From an uncultured Pseudomonadales bacterium (lineage in GTDB: Bacteria; Patescibacteriota; Microgenomatia; UBA1400; PJMF01), in contig CAZDWQ010000002.1 in the NCBI GenBank assembly GCA_964509285.1, forward strand, positions 1-58,216: a DNA stretch of 58,216 nucleotides, read 5' to 3'. Within the stretch, counting starts at the first letter, position 1. Every line of letters starts with the position of its first letter. Under the pieces are notes generated by a model. It had not been told where the DNA came from. It made no database searches and saw only the letters and a list, made by a program, of their open reading frames with translations. This document shows positions 1-9,202 of this stretch, in pieces. The position numbers and the translations under genes were made by a program.

Positions 1-63
1 TTTGAAAAAGAATTATTAACTATTGGTGCGCGGATTCCAACGCGAATGTAGGTTACAGAGTAG

Positions 64-222
64 TTACTTTTTTTCTGATAAAATCTCGTGACCCTTTTGC
101 ATAATCCTGTTGACCAAAATAGACACAATTCCTTGCAAGTCGCTTCTGGTGAAATCATTTTGAGTATCAATCAGTTCTAAAATCTCATTTTCAAATTCTA
201 TTGTAATTCTTGAATCTAGCAT
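64..222 (-). CDS. small 52-aa ORF, possible ribbon-helix-helix/CopG-like protein (below ORF-track cutoff)
   Basis: Hand translation of the minus strand gives ATG 222..220, MLDSRITIEFENEILELIDTQNDFTRSDLQGIVSILVNRIMQKGHEILSEKK, TAA 66..64. The start overlaps the stop of the upstream ArdC-like gene (ATGCTAG). The sequence has a short beta-strand followed by helices. Confidence 0.3.
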   Translation of the reverse strand: MLDSRITIEFENEILELIDTQNDFTRSDLQGIVSILVNRIMQKGHEILSEKK

Positions 223-998
223 GATAACCCTTCCTCCAACAACACTTCCAATACCTTTTCCACTGTTCCTATGGCCTTAGTAACGGCTAGAAGAGGATCA
301 TCCGCATACTGACTAATATAATTCCACGCATTGCCTGTAGTATCTGCAAAACCATATAAATCCATCAGTATCACACTTGTAAACTCTGCAATTGTTTCTT
401 GACCTGCATGCTGTCCACCTTTGAGTTCTCCGTCTATTCTCGCATGGATCGCGTGGGCGAGTTCATGAAAAAATATGCGCGCATCATGAGTGCCAAGTCG
501 TATTTTGCTCCCATCTGCCAAGCAATCTCCCAGCTTATTATCTGCAACTGGGGCATATTCAACTTGTACCCCTAATTTTTGGGCTATTTCATAGAGTGGT
601 GGATATTCTACTGGATCATATACACAAAGATCACTCGTACCTTCTGTGCTTGAAACTGCAAACACTGGAACAGTTGAAAAACCAATGCAAGTATAGTTTT
701 CTTCCAGTTCTTCGCTGTCCTGTTTTTGCATTCTCACCATAACCGGACGCAAGATATAAACAGCTTTTTCACCTTTTTTGACTGTTCTGCCTGCCTGCTC
801 CCACTGTTTGAAACCTCTGCAATCAAGCTCGCCTGATTGAGCATATGCAAGTACTTTATTTGAAAGACTCCACTTCTTTGCTGGTGCAGTATCATCCAAG
901 TGAATACGTGCTACTTTTGTAATTGGTGAGAGATCACCACTCTTGAATTGTCGCAGTACCTTGCGCATGCTTTCTTCTGCTCGTTGTGAAAACTTCAC
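216..998 (-). CDS. ArdC-like protein: N-terminal ssDNA-binding (DUF1738-like) domain plus HExxH zincin metallopeptidase domain
   Basis: N-terminal segment reads KWSLSNKVLAYAQSG...GFKQWEQAGRTVKKGEKAVYILRP. C-terminal segment reads FFHELAHAIHARIDG...ETIAEFTSVILMDLYG, which contains an HExxH motif. This architecture is typical of conjugative-element ArdC proteins. Confidence 0.7.
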   Translation of the reverse strand: MKFSQRAEESMRKVLRQFKSGDLSPITKVARIHLDDTAPAKKWSLSNKVLAYAQSGELDCRGFKQWEQAGRTVKKGEKAVYILRPVMVRMQKQDSEELEENYTCIGFSTVPVFAVSSTEGTSDLCVYDPVEYPPLYEIAQKLGVQVEYAPVADNKLGDCLADGSKIRLGTHDARIFFHELAHAIHARIDGELKGGQHAGQETIAEFTSVILMDLYGFADTTGNAWNYISQYADDPLLAVTKAIGTVEKVLEVLLEEGLSC

Positions 999-1276
999 TT
1001 TTTCCTTTCCCCTGACTTCCTGAATTTATAATTTTTTGTATGGAAGTAGGTGTGCCTACTTCCATTACATGGAAATAAAAAAGCGGGGTGAGTTTGTCAA
1101 GGGTTGCGAGTATGCGAGCAATTTACGAAGCCCTTGTCAAATGAGGGGCAAGGCCCCTGAAACAGTTAGGAAAAAAGAGAAAGATCGGGAAAAGAGAGAA
1201 CTTAAAACAAAAAAATATCAAACTCGAATTGCTCTGAGAAACTCTCAAAGCAATTAGGTATTAAAAGAAATAGAAA

Positions 1277-3331
1277 CTACTCATACCGCAAAGCATTAAG
1301 TGCAGAAATCTTGGTCGCACGTTTCGCTGGATAATATCCAGTCAAAATACCTACAACTAATGAGAGAGCTACCACTGTTAGTACAAACGAAAATGGAACA
1401 ACTGAAACATCAACAAAACCAACACCACGAGCAATGGCTACACTCGATAGGAGTAAGCTCAATAGCTTGCCCACACCAAAGCCAATTAACAGTCCAAGTA
1501 GTCCACCATAAAATCCCATAATCATTGATTCTGTTAAAAATAGCTCGCGTACTTCTTCAGATTTCATACCCATCGCTTTCATCAAGCCAACCTCACGGGT
1601 TCGCTCCAACAGTGACACAGTCAGGGTGTTAAACATTCCTAGTGTTGCCACAGAGAGTGCGACCATACCAATTATTGCCAAAACAAGTCTAAAAGAGACA
1701 AACAAGCTATTAATTTGTGAAACGGTATCTACCACAGAGACCGTACCATATCCCATTGCCTCGATAGATGCACGCACACCCGGCAAGGAGTCTTTGTCAT
1801 CTGCTATTACTTTAATTTGTGAAATCCTTGTTATACCAAGCGAGCGTAACTCAATAAATGGCACATAGACTACGGGAGTGCCTTCCTCTGGGGTGACTCC
1901 TACTATGGTGTAGTCAGTAGGAACAGATTCGATTCTATCTGATTCGCCTTCTGTTAAGTCTCCAACTGCGACAAAGGTTAGGGTGATTTTCTTGCCAACA
2001 GCTTCGCTCTCACTCATGCCAATGATTGCAAGCACTGCTCTGTTTACAACTGCTTGCTTGAGAGCTTGATCGGGAATTGGGATAACTCTACGATTTTCAT
2101 TCACTACTTCTGCCGAAGCAGTTGCAAGGGTAACAACAGGCAGAGTGCCATCTGATCTCACTTGTGTTCCAGAAGTGTCTTGTGTGTCAGCTTGTGCAAT
2201 TTGCGTTGTTTCTCCTAAAACCTTATCAGTCACTATCACAGAAATCTGAGCTGTGTATCCAGTTTGCACAACTTGGTTAGCAGATTCATCCTTGAGCGGT
2301 ACATATTGTCCATCTTCACACTCTGGGTCAATTAAGACATTTTCAGTTGCTTCATCAGTTTGCGAAACAGCACAAGCAACTTCTCTCCATAGAGTAAACT
2401 CTGACTGAATCCATAATCCCTGTCTTTCACCAGCATCATCTAACACTTCTGGGCCTGAATAGCCAGTATAGTATGAACCAATTACTTGATTCCCTTCCTG
2501 ATTTGTCTGCATCCTTCTGGTGTAACCAATAACAGACCCCTCAGTTGAGCTTTCACTTCTCACCCGTAACCATGCACCATCCGAAATATTGAAAAGAATT
2601 GGTTTTTCTTGTGTTGTAGTTGAATCTGCTGTTTGTTCTTCAGCAATTTCCCCACCTTCTTGAGTTCTGCGATTTTTAACAGTATAGGCAATCTCTTGAC
2701 TGTCAAAAATTTTGCCTTGAATTGGTTGAATTGCAGACGAAGTTAAGTAATCAGTGGTCACGCCGTATACAGCCAAATCAGACACAGAATCTTGAAAGGA
2801 AACTCTCCCAACTACGCTAATAAGTGGCAGGGTTGCCTTCACGTTTGGCATTGCATTCAGACGAGATAAAATTTCATCAGTCAGTGCGAGTTCTTCGCTT
2901 AAACCCGGTAAAATTTCTGCTTGCTGTAGTTCTTCAAGGCGCGCTACTCTTGTAGTCACCATGTCCTGCAATCCATACCCAAGAGACACTAAAAACACAA
3001 TGAAGGCAATACCAATAGCCATACCACCGACCGTAACAATGGTGCGTGTTTTTTTGGCTTGCATGTTACGAAAAGCAAGTTCAATCAGGTAAGAGCGACT
3101 CACATTACTACCTTTGTCAAAATCTAGTTTTACAGAAATCTTTTCATAAAATTGGTTGAATTTGCTGGCAACACCTCTAAAAAATCGAGCAGTTTTTCGA
3201 GTTGGCAGCGAGAGTGAATCGAGCAATAATTTTATTGAATACAAAATCACTAACACAGTAAAGCCAACTATAATCAGCAAGCGATGTAGCATTTTAGGAA
3301 TAGCTTGTGTTATTGGTGTAAAAAATCTCAT
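1277..3331 (-). CDS. ABC transporter permease, FtsX/MacB-type with large extracytoplasmic domain
   Basis: 684 aa. An N-terminal TM is followed by a long soluble insert and a C-terminal FtsX-like 3-TM bundle (LMKAMGMKSEEVRELFLTESMIMG...). It overlaps the upstream ATPase gene by 4 nt. Confidence 0.85.
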   Translation of the reverse strand: MRFFTPITQAIPKMLHRLLIIVGFTVLVILYSIKLLLDSLSLPTRKTARFFRGVASKFNQFYEKISVKLDFDKGSNVSRSYLIELAFRNMQAKKTRTIVTVGGMAIGIAFIVFLVSLGYGLQDMVTTRVARLEELQQAEILPGLSEELALTDEILSRLNAMPNVKATLPLISVVGRVSFQDSVSDLAVYGVTTDYLTSSAIQPIQGKIFDSQEIAYTVKNRRTQEGGEIAEEQTADSTTTQEKPILFNISDGAWLRVRSESSTEGSVIGYTRRMQTNQEGNQVIGSYYTGYSGPEVLDDAGERQGLWIQSEFTLWREVACAVSQTDEATENVLIDPECEDGQYVPLKDESANQVVQTGYTAQISVIVTDKVLGETTQIAQADTQDTSGTQVRSDGTLPVVTLATASAEVVNENRRVIPIPDQALKQAVVNRAVLAIIGMSESEAVGKKITLTFVAVGDLTEGESDRIESVPTDYTIVGVTPEEGTPVVYVPFIELRSLGITRISQIKVIADDKDSLPGVRASIEAMGYGTVSVVDTVSQINSLFVSFRLVLAIIGMVALSVATLGMFNTLTVSLLERTREVGLMKAMGMKSEEVRELFLTESMIMGFYGGLLGLLIGFGVGKLLSLLLSSVAIARGVGFVDVSVVPFSFVLTVVALSLVVGILTGYYPAKRATKISALNALRYE

Positions 3332-4083
3332 GTCTCTTGCCTTTGACCACGTTTCATATGGTTGCCATTTTTCTTTGCATAGTCGCTTGGATCTTGTAAC
3401 TCTGCTACTATTTTGCCATTAAACATCTCTAAGCTTCTGCCAGCATACTCTAAGTATTCCAAGTCATGAGTAACCATGATGACTGTTTTGCCTTGTTTAT
3501 GCAGAGATTCAAGCAGTTTCATTAATTCTTGACCCGATTCAAAATCCAAGTTACCCGTTGGCTCGTCTGCAATGATAATATCGGGATTGGTTACCACCGC
3601 ACGAGCAAGGGCAACTCTTTGTTGTTGACCAGAACTTAACTCAGTAGGAATATAATCCTGCCAATCGGTCATGCCAACCAGAGACAACACTTCAAGTGCT
3701 CGAGTTGATGCCTGACTCACTTTCATACCACTCAGACGCAGAGCAAACATCACATTTTCTTTGACACTGAGAGATTTAATCCAGTTTGGTTGCTGATACA
3801 CCATGCCAATATGTTCTTTTCTAATTTCTGACCTGCCATCTTCATCCAAGTTGCCATACAGTGACTTGCCCATAAAAACCACATCACCTTTGGTTGGTTC
3901 TTCAAGCCCCAGTAAAATATGTAGGAGTGTTGATTTGCCACAACCAGATGGCCCAAAAATCACTAAAAACTCACCTGTAGAAACAGACATGCTCACATCA
4001 TGTAAGACCTCGACATTTTGTGCTTTCACAAAAAAGGTTTTAGAAATATTTTTGGCCACGACTATTACTTGTTTTGATTGCAC
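3328..4083 (-). CDS. ABC transporter ATP-binding protein (MacB/LolD-like)
   Basis: Walker A GPSGCGKSTLL, signature LSSGQQQRVALARA, Walker B IIIADEPTGNLD, H-loop VTHD. Confidence 0.95.
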   Translation of the reverse strand: MQSKQVIVVAKNISKTFFVKAQNVEVLHDVSMSVSTGEFLVIFGPSGCGKSTLLHILLGLEEPTKGDVVFMGKSLYGNLDEDGRSEIRKEHIGMVYQQPNWIKSLSVKENVMFALRLSGMKVSQASTRALEVLSLVGMTDWQDYIPTELSSGQQQRVALARAVVTNPDIIIADEPTGNLDFESGQELMKLLESLHKQGKTVIMVTHDLEYLEYAGRSLEMFNGKIVAELQDPSDYAKKNGNHMKRGQRQET

Positions 4084-4090
4084 TATATTT

Positions 4091-7000
4091 TTATTCCCTC
4101 AAGAAGCTTAAAAAGCTAAATGCTGATACTAAATTTTCAATGACTAAATCAAGGGCAGAGCGAGTGGCTTTTGGTGCAATGGTTGCCATGTCAATGCTTT
4201 TACCCTCATTGCCTGCAGAATCTTTAGAAATGGCTCTGAGGTGATACACTTGGCTTGGTGTGAGACCAGAAATGATAACGGTGTGATTGAGTGTTAGGTT
4301 GCCATCTTCTTGAGTTTTTTGGCTGTAGCTGGTTCCCGTACCTTCACCGTACTCAACTTGGGTAGTTGCTGGTTCGTCTGTGTCCCAAGAAACAACTAAT
4401 TGTGCTTTAATTTGACCTGCGGCGAAGCCAACTGGTGGGATAGTTCCACCAACAATCTTCATATTGAGAATTTGTGGTGGTCTGGTATCGGTGGCAGTAG
4501 TGAAAGTGTAGACATCAGATTCCGCCTCATTACCCACTCGGTCACGACCACGAACCACTAAATTGTATTGTTGTTGTGGTAAGAAGCCAGTAATAACCAT
4601 TTCTCGTCTGCCAGAGAGCAATTCAACCTCGACCTTGTCTTGTGCCAAACTTGGCTGTCCGGTTGGATAGTAGCTAACAATTCCAGACATTGGGGTGTTG
4701 GCGCTCCAACTCACTAAAATGGTAGTTTGAGAGGTGCCACCAATTTCTTGCAAGGTGACATTGGTAATTCGAGGACGAGGTAAAGTCTCAAAAGTTAAAG
4801 CTTGACCTTCGTACTCAAAACCTTCGCTGTCGAGGGTATTGATTTTGTAGTAGTACAAACTACCATCCTCAAGTCCCGTGAGTTCTGTGGTTACCGTATT
4901 TTCAGTTGTTGAAGTAGCCACTTCCTTAACTCCACCGAATTCTGTTGTTCTGCCATAGTAAATTTTGACACTACTGGCTCCAGTTACTGTGTAGCGAATA
5001 ATGGCACTAGTTAAGCCAATTTGAGTAGCTTGTGGATCAGTCACGGTTGGAGCAGGCTCAGTTGAAAATCGTTTTTCTTCGCTTTCACCTGTATTACCGT
5101 CTTCATCTGTCCATTTTGCTTTGTAATAGTACGTTGTACCAGGAGAAAGGTTAGTTAAGTTAATCACATGATCAGTTACTTGAGTAGAATTGGATGGTTC
5201 TTCATCAAAGTACTCACCTGATTTAGTTCCATAGGCAACTTTTGAATCACTATCTCTATTTGTAGTCCAAGATATTTTGGCTTTTCTGGTGGTAATATCA
5301 CTTGCCGTTGGCCCTGAAGTTAATTCTGCCGGATCGGTAAAGCTACCTTTGGGAATCAGAGTAACGGCATTAGTATAAGAGGGACTTGCAATTGAAGCTG
5401 CAGAAGTATCACTTGTACCAACTCTCCAATAGTATTGTTTTGATTCACCAACAGTATCAACATATGCTGTACCAGCAGTAGTGGTTATTGTTGTCCAATC
5501 GGTGCCGTTTTCTGAGCGTTGCACAGTGTAGGTAAGTGTGCCGGTTCCTTGATAGTCTGGATGATTCCAAGCTAGTGAGGCTCTCCACAGCTCCACTGAC
5601 TTAATCGATGCATCGGAGACTGTTAAATCTTTAGCTGGATCTGGATTGGTTGAGTTTAGAGTGAATGAGCCAGAAATGTAGTTGCTTGAAGAATAGTTAT
5701 TCCCATCATCTACTGCCACCACGCTCACAGTGTTACTTCCTTTTTGCACTCCAGATAATTTGCCCGCAGCAATTGAAGTGCTGGTGGTCGGAATATACGT
5801 GGCTGGATTACTTGTTAAGGTACTTAAAGTCACTGGCGGAGTTGTGTTGATCATGTAGTAATAGCTTGATACTGTTTGACCATCCGCAGGTGTTGCTTCT
5901 GGCCAAGAGAGAGCGAAAGAGTTGGTGGTATTTGTCGCAGGGGTTACTGTAACCACTGCGCCATCTGCAAAAACTGGTGCGTCACCTCCATATGCTAGAC
6001 TTCCAGTTCTGTATGAAGAAGGTAAAGATACGTTTCCAGATGCATCAACAGTTCTAAAGGTAATAATATTATCTCCAATCACTATATAATCTCCATCACG
6101 CTCCTGAGATAAATAGAGTGGTTGTTCAAAACCTGTGGGGATATAGTCAATTCCAAGTGTTGCATGTGTGGATGAACCCTCCCAAACATCACTATTGTTA
6201 ACCATGTACTGCCATCCTAGTACACCAGAGTGCACATCGCTACTTGCAGCACTCCCTGTTGTTGGCCAAGAAAAATTCATATCTTCTATGTTATTAAAAG
6301 TTCCAGAGGCAGGATTGATAAATGAAACATTGGTTGGTACGGCACTATCAAATTGAAAGTTAAACGATGTTGTACTGGTATTGTACGTGTTACCGACATT
6401 GTCAATTGCTTTGATATGCAAGTAATATGTTGAGCCATTGACAAAACTACTCGACAAGTAATCATCAACAGACAAATCAAGCGTAGTACCTGAAACAATA
6501 AATAAACAGTCAGTTCCAACGGTAGATACAGGGGAATTGGTCAATAATCCAGCCGTGCCAGACTCTGTCAGATGATTGCCTGGGTCAGCATTACTTTCTG
6601 TTCCTAAGTACAAACAGTATCCTTTTAAGCCTGCTCCACCTTCATTATCAGCTCCAGCTGTCCAAGTAAAATACGGCTCAAAGCTGTTAGACCAACCAGC
6701 TTCTTCAACAGTATGGCCGTCAACTGCTGATTTCATGGCAATTGAGGAGGCATTGGTGGTAGGTTCGGTGTTATCTGGATTGTAGTCAACGATACTCACA
6801 CCTGGAGTAGTAAAGTTAAACCAGCCTAAATCTTCGGAAAACGCATATCCACTTAAAGTACCATTTGTCAGGTTTATAGTTACCAAACTGTTGTAGTTGG
6901 TAAAATCTATATACGCACCAGTTTCCAAGACATACGCTTTTCCAGCCAACACTCCGGTACCAGAATCAAAGGTCACAGGCCCCTCTGGATTATCGACATC

Positions 7001-7258
7001 ACCAAAATCAACCCATCCCAAATCTTCTGAGAACACGTATCCACTAAAGTAGTGATTATTCATGTTGATACGGACATTAGAGTTGTAGTTGTCAAAATCA
7101 AGTAGTGCGCTAGTATTTTCAGATACAGCAGAGCCTGAAATAGCAAAACTCGCCGCATACACTAGGGGATGAAGAAACATTGCAACTGCTACTAGACCAA
7201 ATACCAATCCAAAGAACGGCAACAAGAACCTCTTAGCTGTTGACAGCATATTTTTCAT
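4091..7258 (-). CDS. large secreted/cell-surface protein with multiple fibronectin type III-like repeats
   Basis: 1055 aa with an N-terminal signal/anchor (FLLPFFGLVFGLVAVAMFL). It has a duplicated SEDLGW(V/F)(D/N)F motif and several C-terminal FN3-like modules (W..P......Y.V......G.Y.YRV-type patterns). It is co-oriented with the ABC pair. Confidence 0.75.
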   Translation of the reverse strand: MKNMLSTAKRFLLPFFGLVFGLVAVAMFLHPLVYAASFAISGSAVSENTSALLDFDNYNSNVRINMNNHYFSGYVFSEDLGWVDFGDVDNPEGPVTFDSGTGVLAGKAYVLETGAYIDFTNYNSLVTINLTNGTLSGYAFSEDLGWFNFTTPGVSIVDYNPDNTEPTTNASSIAMKSAVDGHTVEEAGWSNSFEPYFTWTAGADNEGGAGLKGYCLYLGTESNADPGNHLTESGTAGLLTNSPVSTVGTDCLFIVSGTTLDLSVDDYLSSSFVNGSTYYLHIKAIDNVGNTYNTSTTSFNFQFDSAVPTNVSFINPASGTFNNIEDMNFSWPTTGSAASSDVHSGVLGWQYMVNNSDVWEGSSTHATLGIDYIPTGFEQPLYLSQERDGDYIVIGDNIITFRTVDASGNVSLPSSYRTGSLAYGGDAPVFADGAVVTVTPATNTTNSFALSWPEATPADGQTVSSYYYMINTTPPVTLSTLTSNPATYIPTTSTSIAAGKLSGVQKGSNTVSVVAVDDGNNYSSSNYISGSFTLNSTNPDPAKDLTVSDASIKSVELWRASLAWNHPDYQGTGTLTYTVQRSENGTDWTTITTTAGTAYVDTVGESKQYYWRVGTSDTSAASIASPSYTNAVTLIPKGSFTDPAELTSGPTASDITTRKAKISWTTNRDSDSKVAYGTKSGEYFDEEPSNSTQVTDHVINLTNLSPGTTYYYKAKWTDEDGNTGESEEKRFSTEPAPTVTDPQATQIGLTSAIIRYTVTGASSVKIYYGRTTEFGGVKEVATSTTENTVTTELTGLEDGSLYYYKINTLDSEGFEYEGQALTFETLPRPRITNVTLQEIGGTSQTTILVSWSANTPMSGIVSYYPTGQPSLAQDKVEVELLSGRREMVITGFLPQQQYNLVVRGRDRVGNEAESDVYTFTTATDTRPPQILNMKIVGGTIPPVGFAAGQIKAQLVVSWDTDEPATTQVEYGEGTGTSYSQKTQEDGNLTLNHTVIISGLTPSQVYHLRAISKDSAGNEGKSIDMATIAPKATRSALDLVIENLVSAFSFLSFLRE

Positions 7259-7463
7259 TACTTCTACTATACCAATAAATAAACAAGACTGGCAAACTCA
7301 ATAATTATTCTTTACTATAATTAAGCCCCTACAATACAGTGGCCAGAATTTCATATAGCAAAAACACATTTGTTACTGCTTTTGAGAGTGAAGTTATAAA
7401 TTAAAAGGCGACTTGCTGACCCATACATTTTTATGGGTAAAACTATATAGCAAGTTTTCGTTG

Positions 7464-7601
7464 CTGCGGCCAATTACTGGTCGAGCACTACTAACACCAC
7501 GAATACTCATAACGCCTGGTACACTAACTTGAGTAATGGTAACACGAACAACAATACCAAGACGAATAATAACTCGTTTAGGTGTGTACGTTAGCGCAAG
7601 G
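7464..7601 (+). repeat. DGR template repeat (TR)
   Basis: 138 bp that is the reverse complement of 10658-10795 (paired positions sum to 18259). 127/138 positions are identical. All 11 mismatches fall at TR adenines: 7502, 7509, 7526, 7536, 7541, 7542, 7548, 7551, 7554, 7566, 7569. Confidence 0.92.
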
Positions 7602-7611
7602 ACTCTTATTT

Positions 7612-7968
7612 ATGACAATGTTTTATCAAAGCATGCCACTGTATCTTGGGCTTTTGGATTTACTTAAATTTGAATACCTAATAGTTAAAGGCTTGCCAAA
7701 AGAATATAAACACACTCTGGGTGAGAATATTCTCAGCCTAACTTGGCAACTCATCGACTTATTTATAGAAATACAGCTTAATCAGTCATTTAAAACACCA
7801 AAAAAACTGTATCTCATAAAATCAATGAATACCTATCATGAGCAACTCAAATTACGAATTCGATTCTTAGGTGATTTGAAACTCATCTCACTTAAACAAC
7901 AAGCCACAATAAATACACATGTTGTTGAAATTGGCAAAATGATTGGGAGCTGGATTAAAAATGTATAA
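7612..7968 (+). CDS. avd: DGR accessory variability determinant (Avd-like four-helix-bundle protein)
   Basis: About 118 aa, lying directly upstream of the RT. The C-terminus ...VVEIGKMIGSWIKNV resembles the Bordetella phage Avd C-terminus (..EVGRILGSWIARV). The start is taken as ATG 7612 rather than the track start at 7582, which lies inside the TR. Confidence 0.75.
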   Translation: MTMFYQSMPLYLGLLDLLKFEYLIVKGLPKEYKHTLGENILSLTWQLIDLFIEIQLNQSFKTPKKLYLIKSMNTYHEQLKLRIRFLGDLKLISLKQQATINTHVVEIGKMIGSWIKNV

Positions 7969-7979
7969 CAAACTCCCTT

Positions 7980-9125
7980 GTGCCTGCTAGTATTTTTTGC
8001 TATCAAAAAGTGCTTAAGGCATATTTTAATTGTCGTATTAATAAGCGAAAGTCTATTAGTGCGATTTCTTATGAACTCCAACTTGAAAAAAATTTAGCAG
8101 AGCTAACGACGCAACTTCAGCAAAGAACCTATATTCCAGATAGATTGGTATGTTTTGTTATCACAAAACCAAAGGCAAGAGAAATCTTTGCCTCCGAATT
8201 TGCAGACCGCATTACACACCACATTTTGATAAACGAGGTAGAAAAGATTTGGGAAAAAGATATTTTCATTACCGACTCATATGCTTGCAGAAAAGGGAAA
8301 GGTCATCACTTCGCAGCTCAAAGGGTATACTCGTTTGCACAGAAATATCGTTATTATGGACAGTTTGATATCAAAAATTTCTTCTCAAGCCTCAGTAAGC
8401 AAAAATTGTTTGATCAGTTTCGTAAGGTGATAGTAAAACAACATAGACCAGGGTTTTGGAAAGATGATATTTTATGGCTTGCGAAAACCATTATTTTTAA
8501 TGACCCCACACATAATGCTTTTTACAAGGGAGACCCCAAACTCAAATTACTGTTACCACACCAAAAATCACTCTTTGAACAAGATGAAGATATTGGTATG
8601 CCTATTGGAAATTTAAGTAGTCAATTTTTAGCAAACGTGTATATGCATGAGCTAGATGCATTTGTCACAAATGAGCTTAAAATTCCTGCCTATGCTCGGT
8701 ATGTTGATGATTTTATTATTTTTAGCAATTCAAAAGATGAAATTATCAAAGCTAGAAATGAAATGTCGAAATTTCTGTTCGCAAACCTTAAACTTACTCT
8801 TCATCCAAAGAAACAACAAATTCAACCAACCAAGCATGGCATTCCCTTTGTTGGCTATTTTATTAGACCCACTGGCATACAAGTGAGACGTAATGTAGTT
8901 AAGGCAGTGAAGAACAAACTGTATGCATATAAAAAGCAACCCAATCCAGATGCAATGATTACTTCACTGAATTCATACTATGGCCACTTTTGCATTGCTC
9001 GGTCATACAATTTAAGGAAACACTTATTTTTTGAACATATTGATCCCAAACTTCGGCCTATCCTTTGGATCATTGGCAATTGGAAGTATTTTAGGCTCAC
9101 TAAGAGTTGCAAGCTTAAAAAGTAA
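7980..9125 (+). CDS. DGR-type reverse transcriptase
   Basis: 381 aa with a GTG start. It has the KPKAREIFASEFADRITHHIL motif, the DGR-diagnostic IGNLSSQFLANVYM (LGxxxSQ-type rather than QGxxxSP), and the catalytic YARYVDDFIIF box. Confidence 0.9.
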   Translation: MPASIFCYQKVLKAYFNCRINKRKSISAISYELQLEKNLAELTTQLQQRTYIPDRLVCFVITKPKAREIFASEFADRITHHILINEVEKIWEKDIFITDSYACRKGKGHHFAAQRVYSFAQKYRYYGQFDIKNFFSSLSKQKLFDQFRKVIVKQHRPGFWKDDILWLAKTIIFNDPTHNAFYKGDPKLKLLLPHQKSLFEQDEDIGMPIGNLSSQFLANVYMHELDAFVTNELKIPAYARYVDDFIIFSNSKDEIIKARNEMSKFLFANLKLTLHPKKQQIQPTKHGIPFVGYFIRPTGIQVRRNVVKAVKNKLYAYKKQPNPDAMITSLNSYYGHFCIARSYNLRKHLFFEHIDPKLRPILWIIGNWKYFRLTKSCKLKK

Positions 9126-9135
9126 CCATAAGTTA

Positions 9136-9201
9136 TTGACATTTAAAAAATAGTTGTTAGACTAATAACTAGACTAATCGCTAGACTGAAAATAGACTAA
9201 T
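9136..9201 (+). promoter_or_regulatory. putative promoter (TTGACA-N16-TAGACT) overlapping four phased direct repeats of TAGACT(A/G)A
   Basis: TTGACA lies at 9136-9141. Repeat units start at 9158, 9170, 9182 and 9193, giving 12/12/11-bp spacing. The array ends at the fic ATG (9203). Confidence 0.5.
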
Positions 9202-9202
9202 T

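Noticed and set aside
1036-1257. 73-aa plus-strand ORF between the ArdC-like and FtsX genes
   Set aside because: It has low-complexity Lys/Glu/Arg-rich translation and spans hairpins and terminator-like repeats in an intergenic region. It is more likely non-coding.
7582-7611. Longer GTG-initiated version of the avd ORF (track start 7582)
   Set aside because: The extra 10 codons lie inside the TR and its 3' flank. The internal ATG at 7612 gives a protein of typical Avd length, so I used the shorter model with modest certainty.
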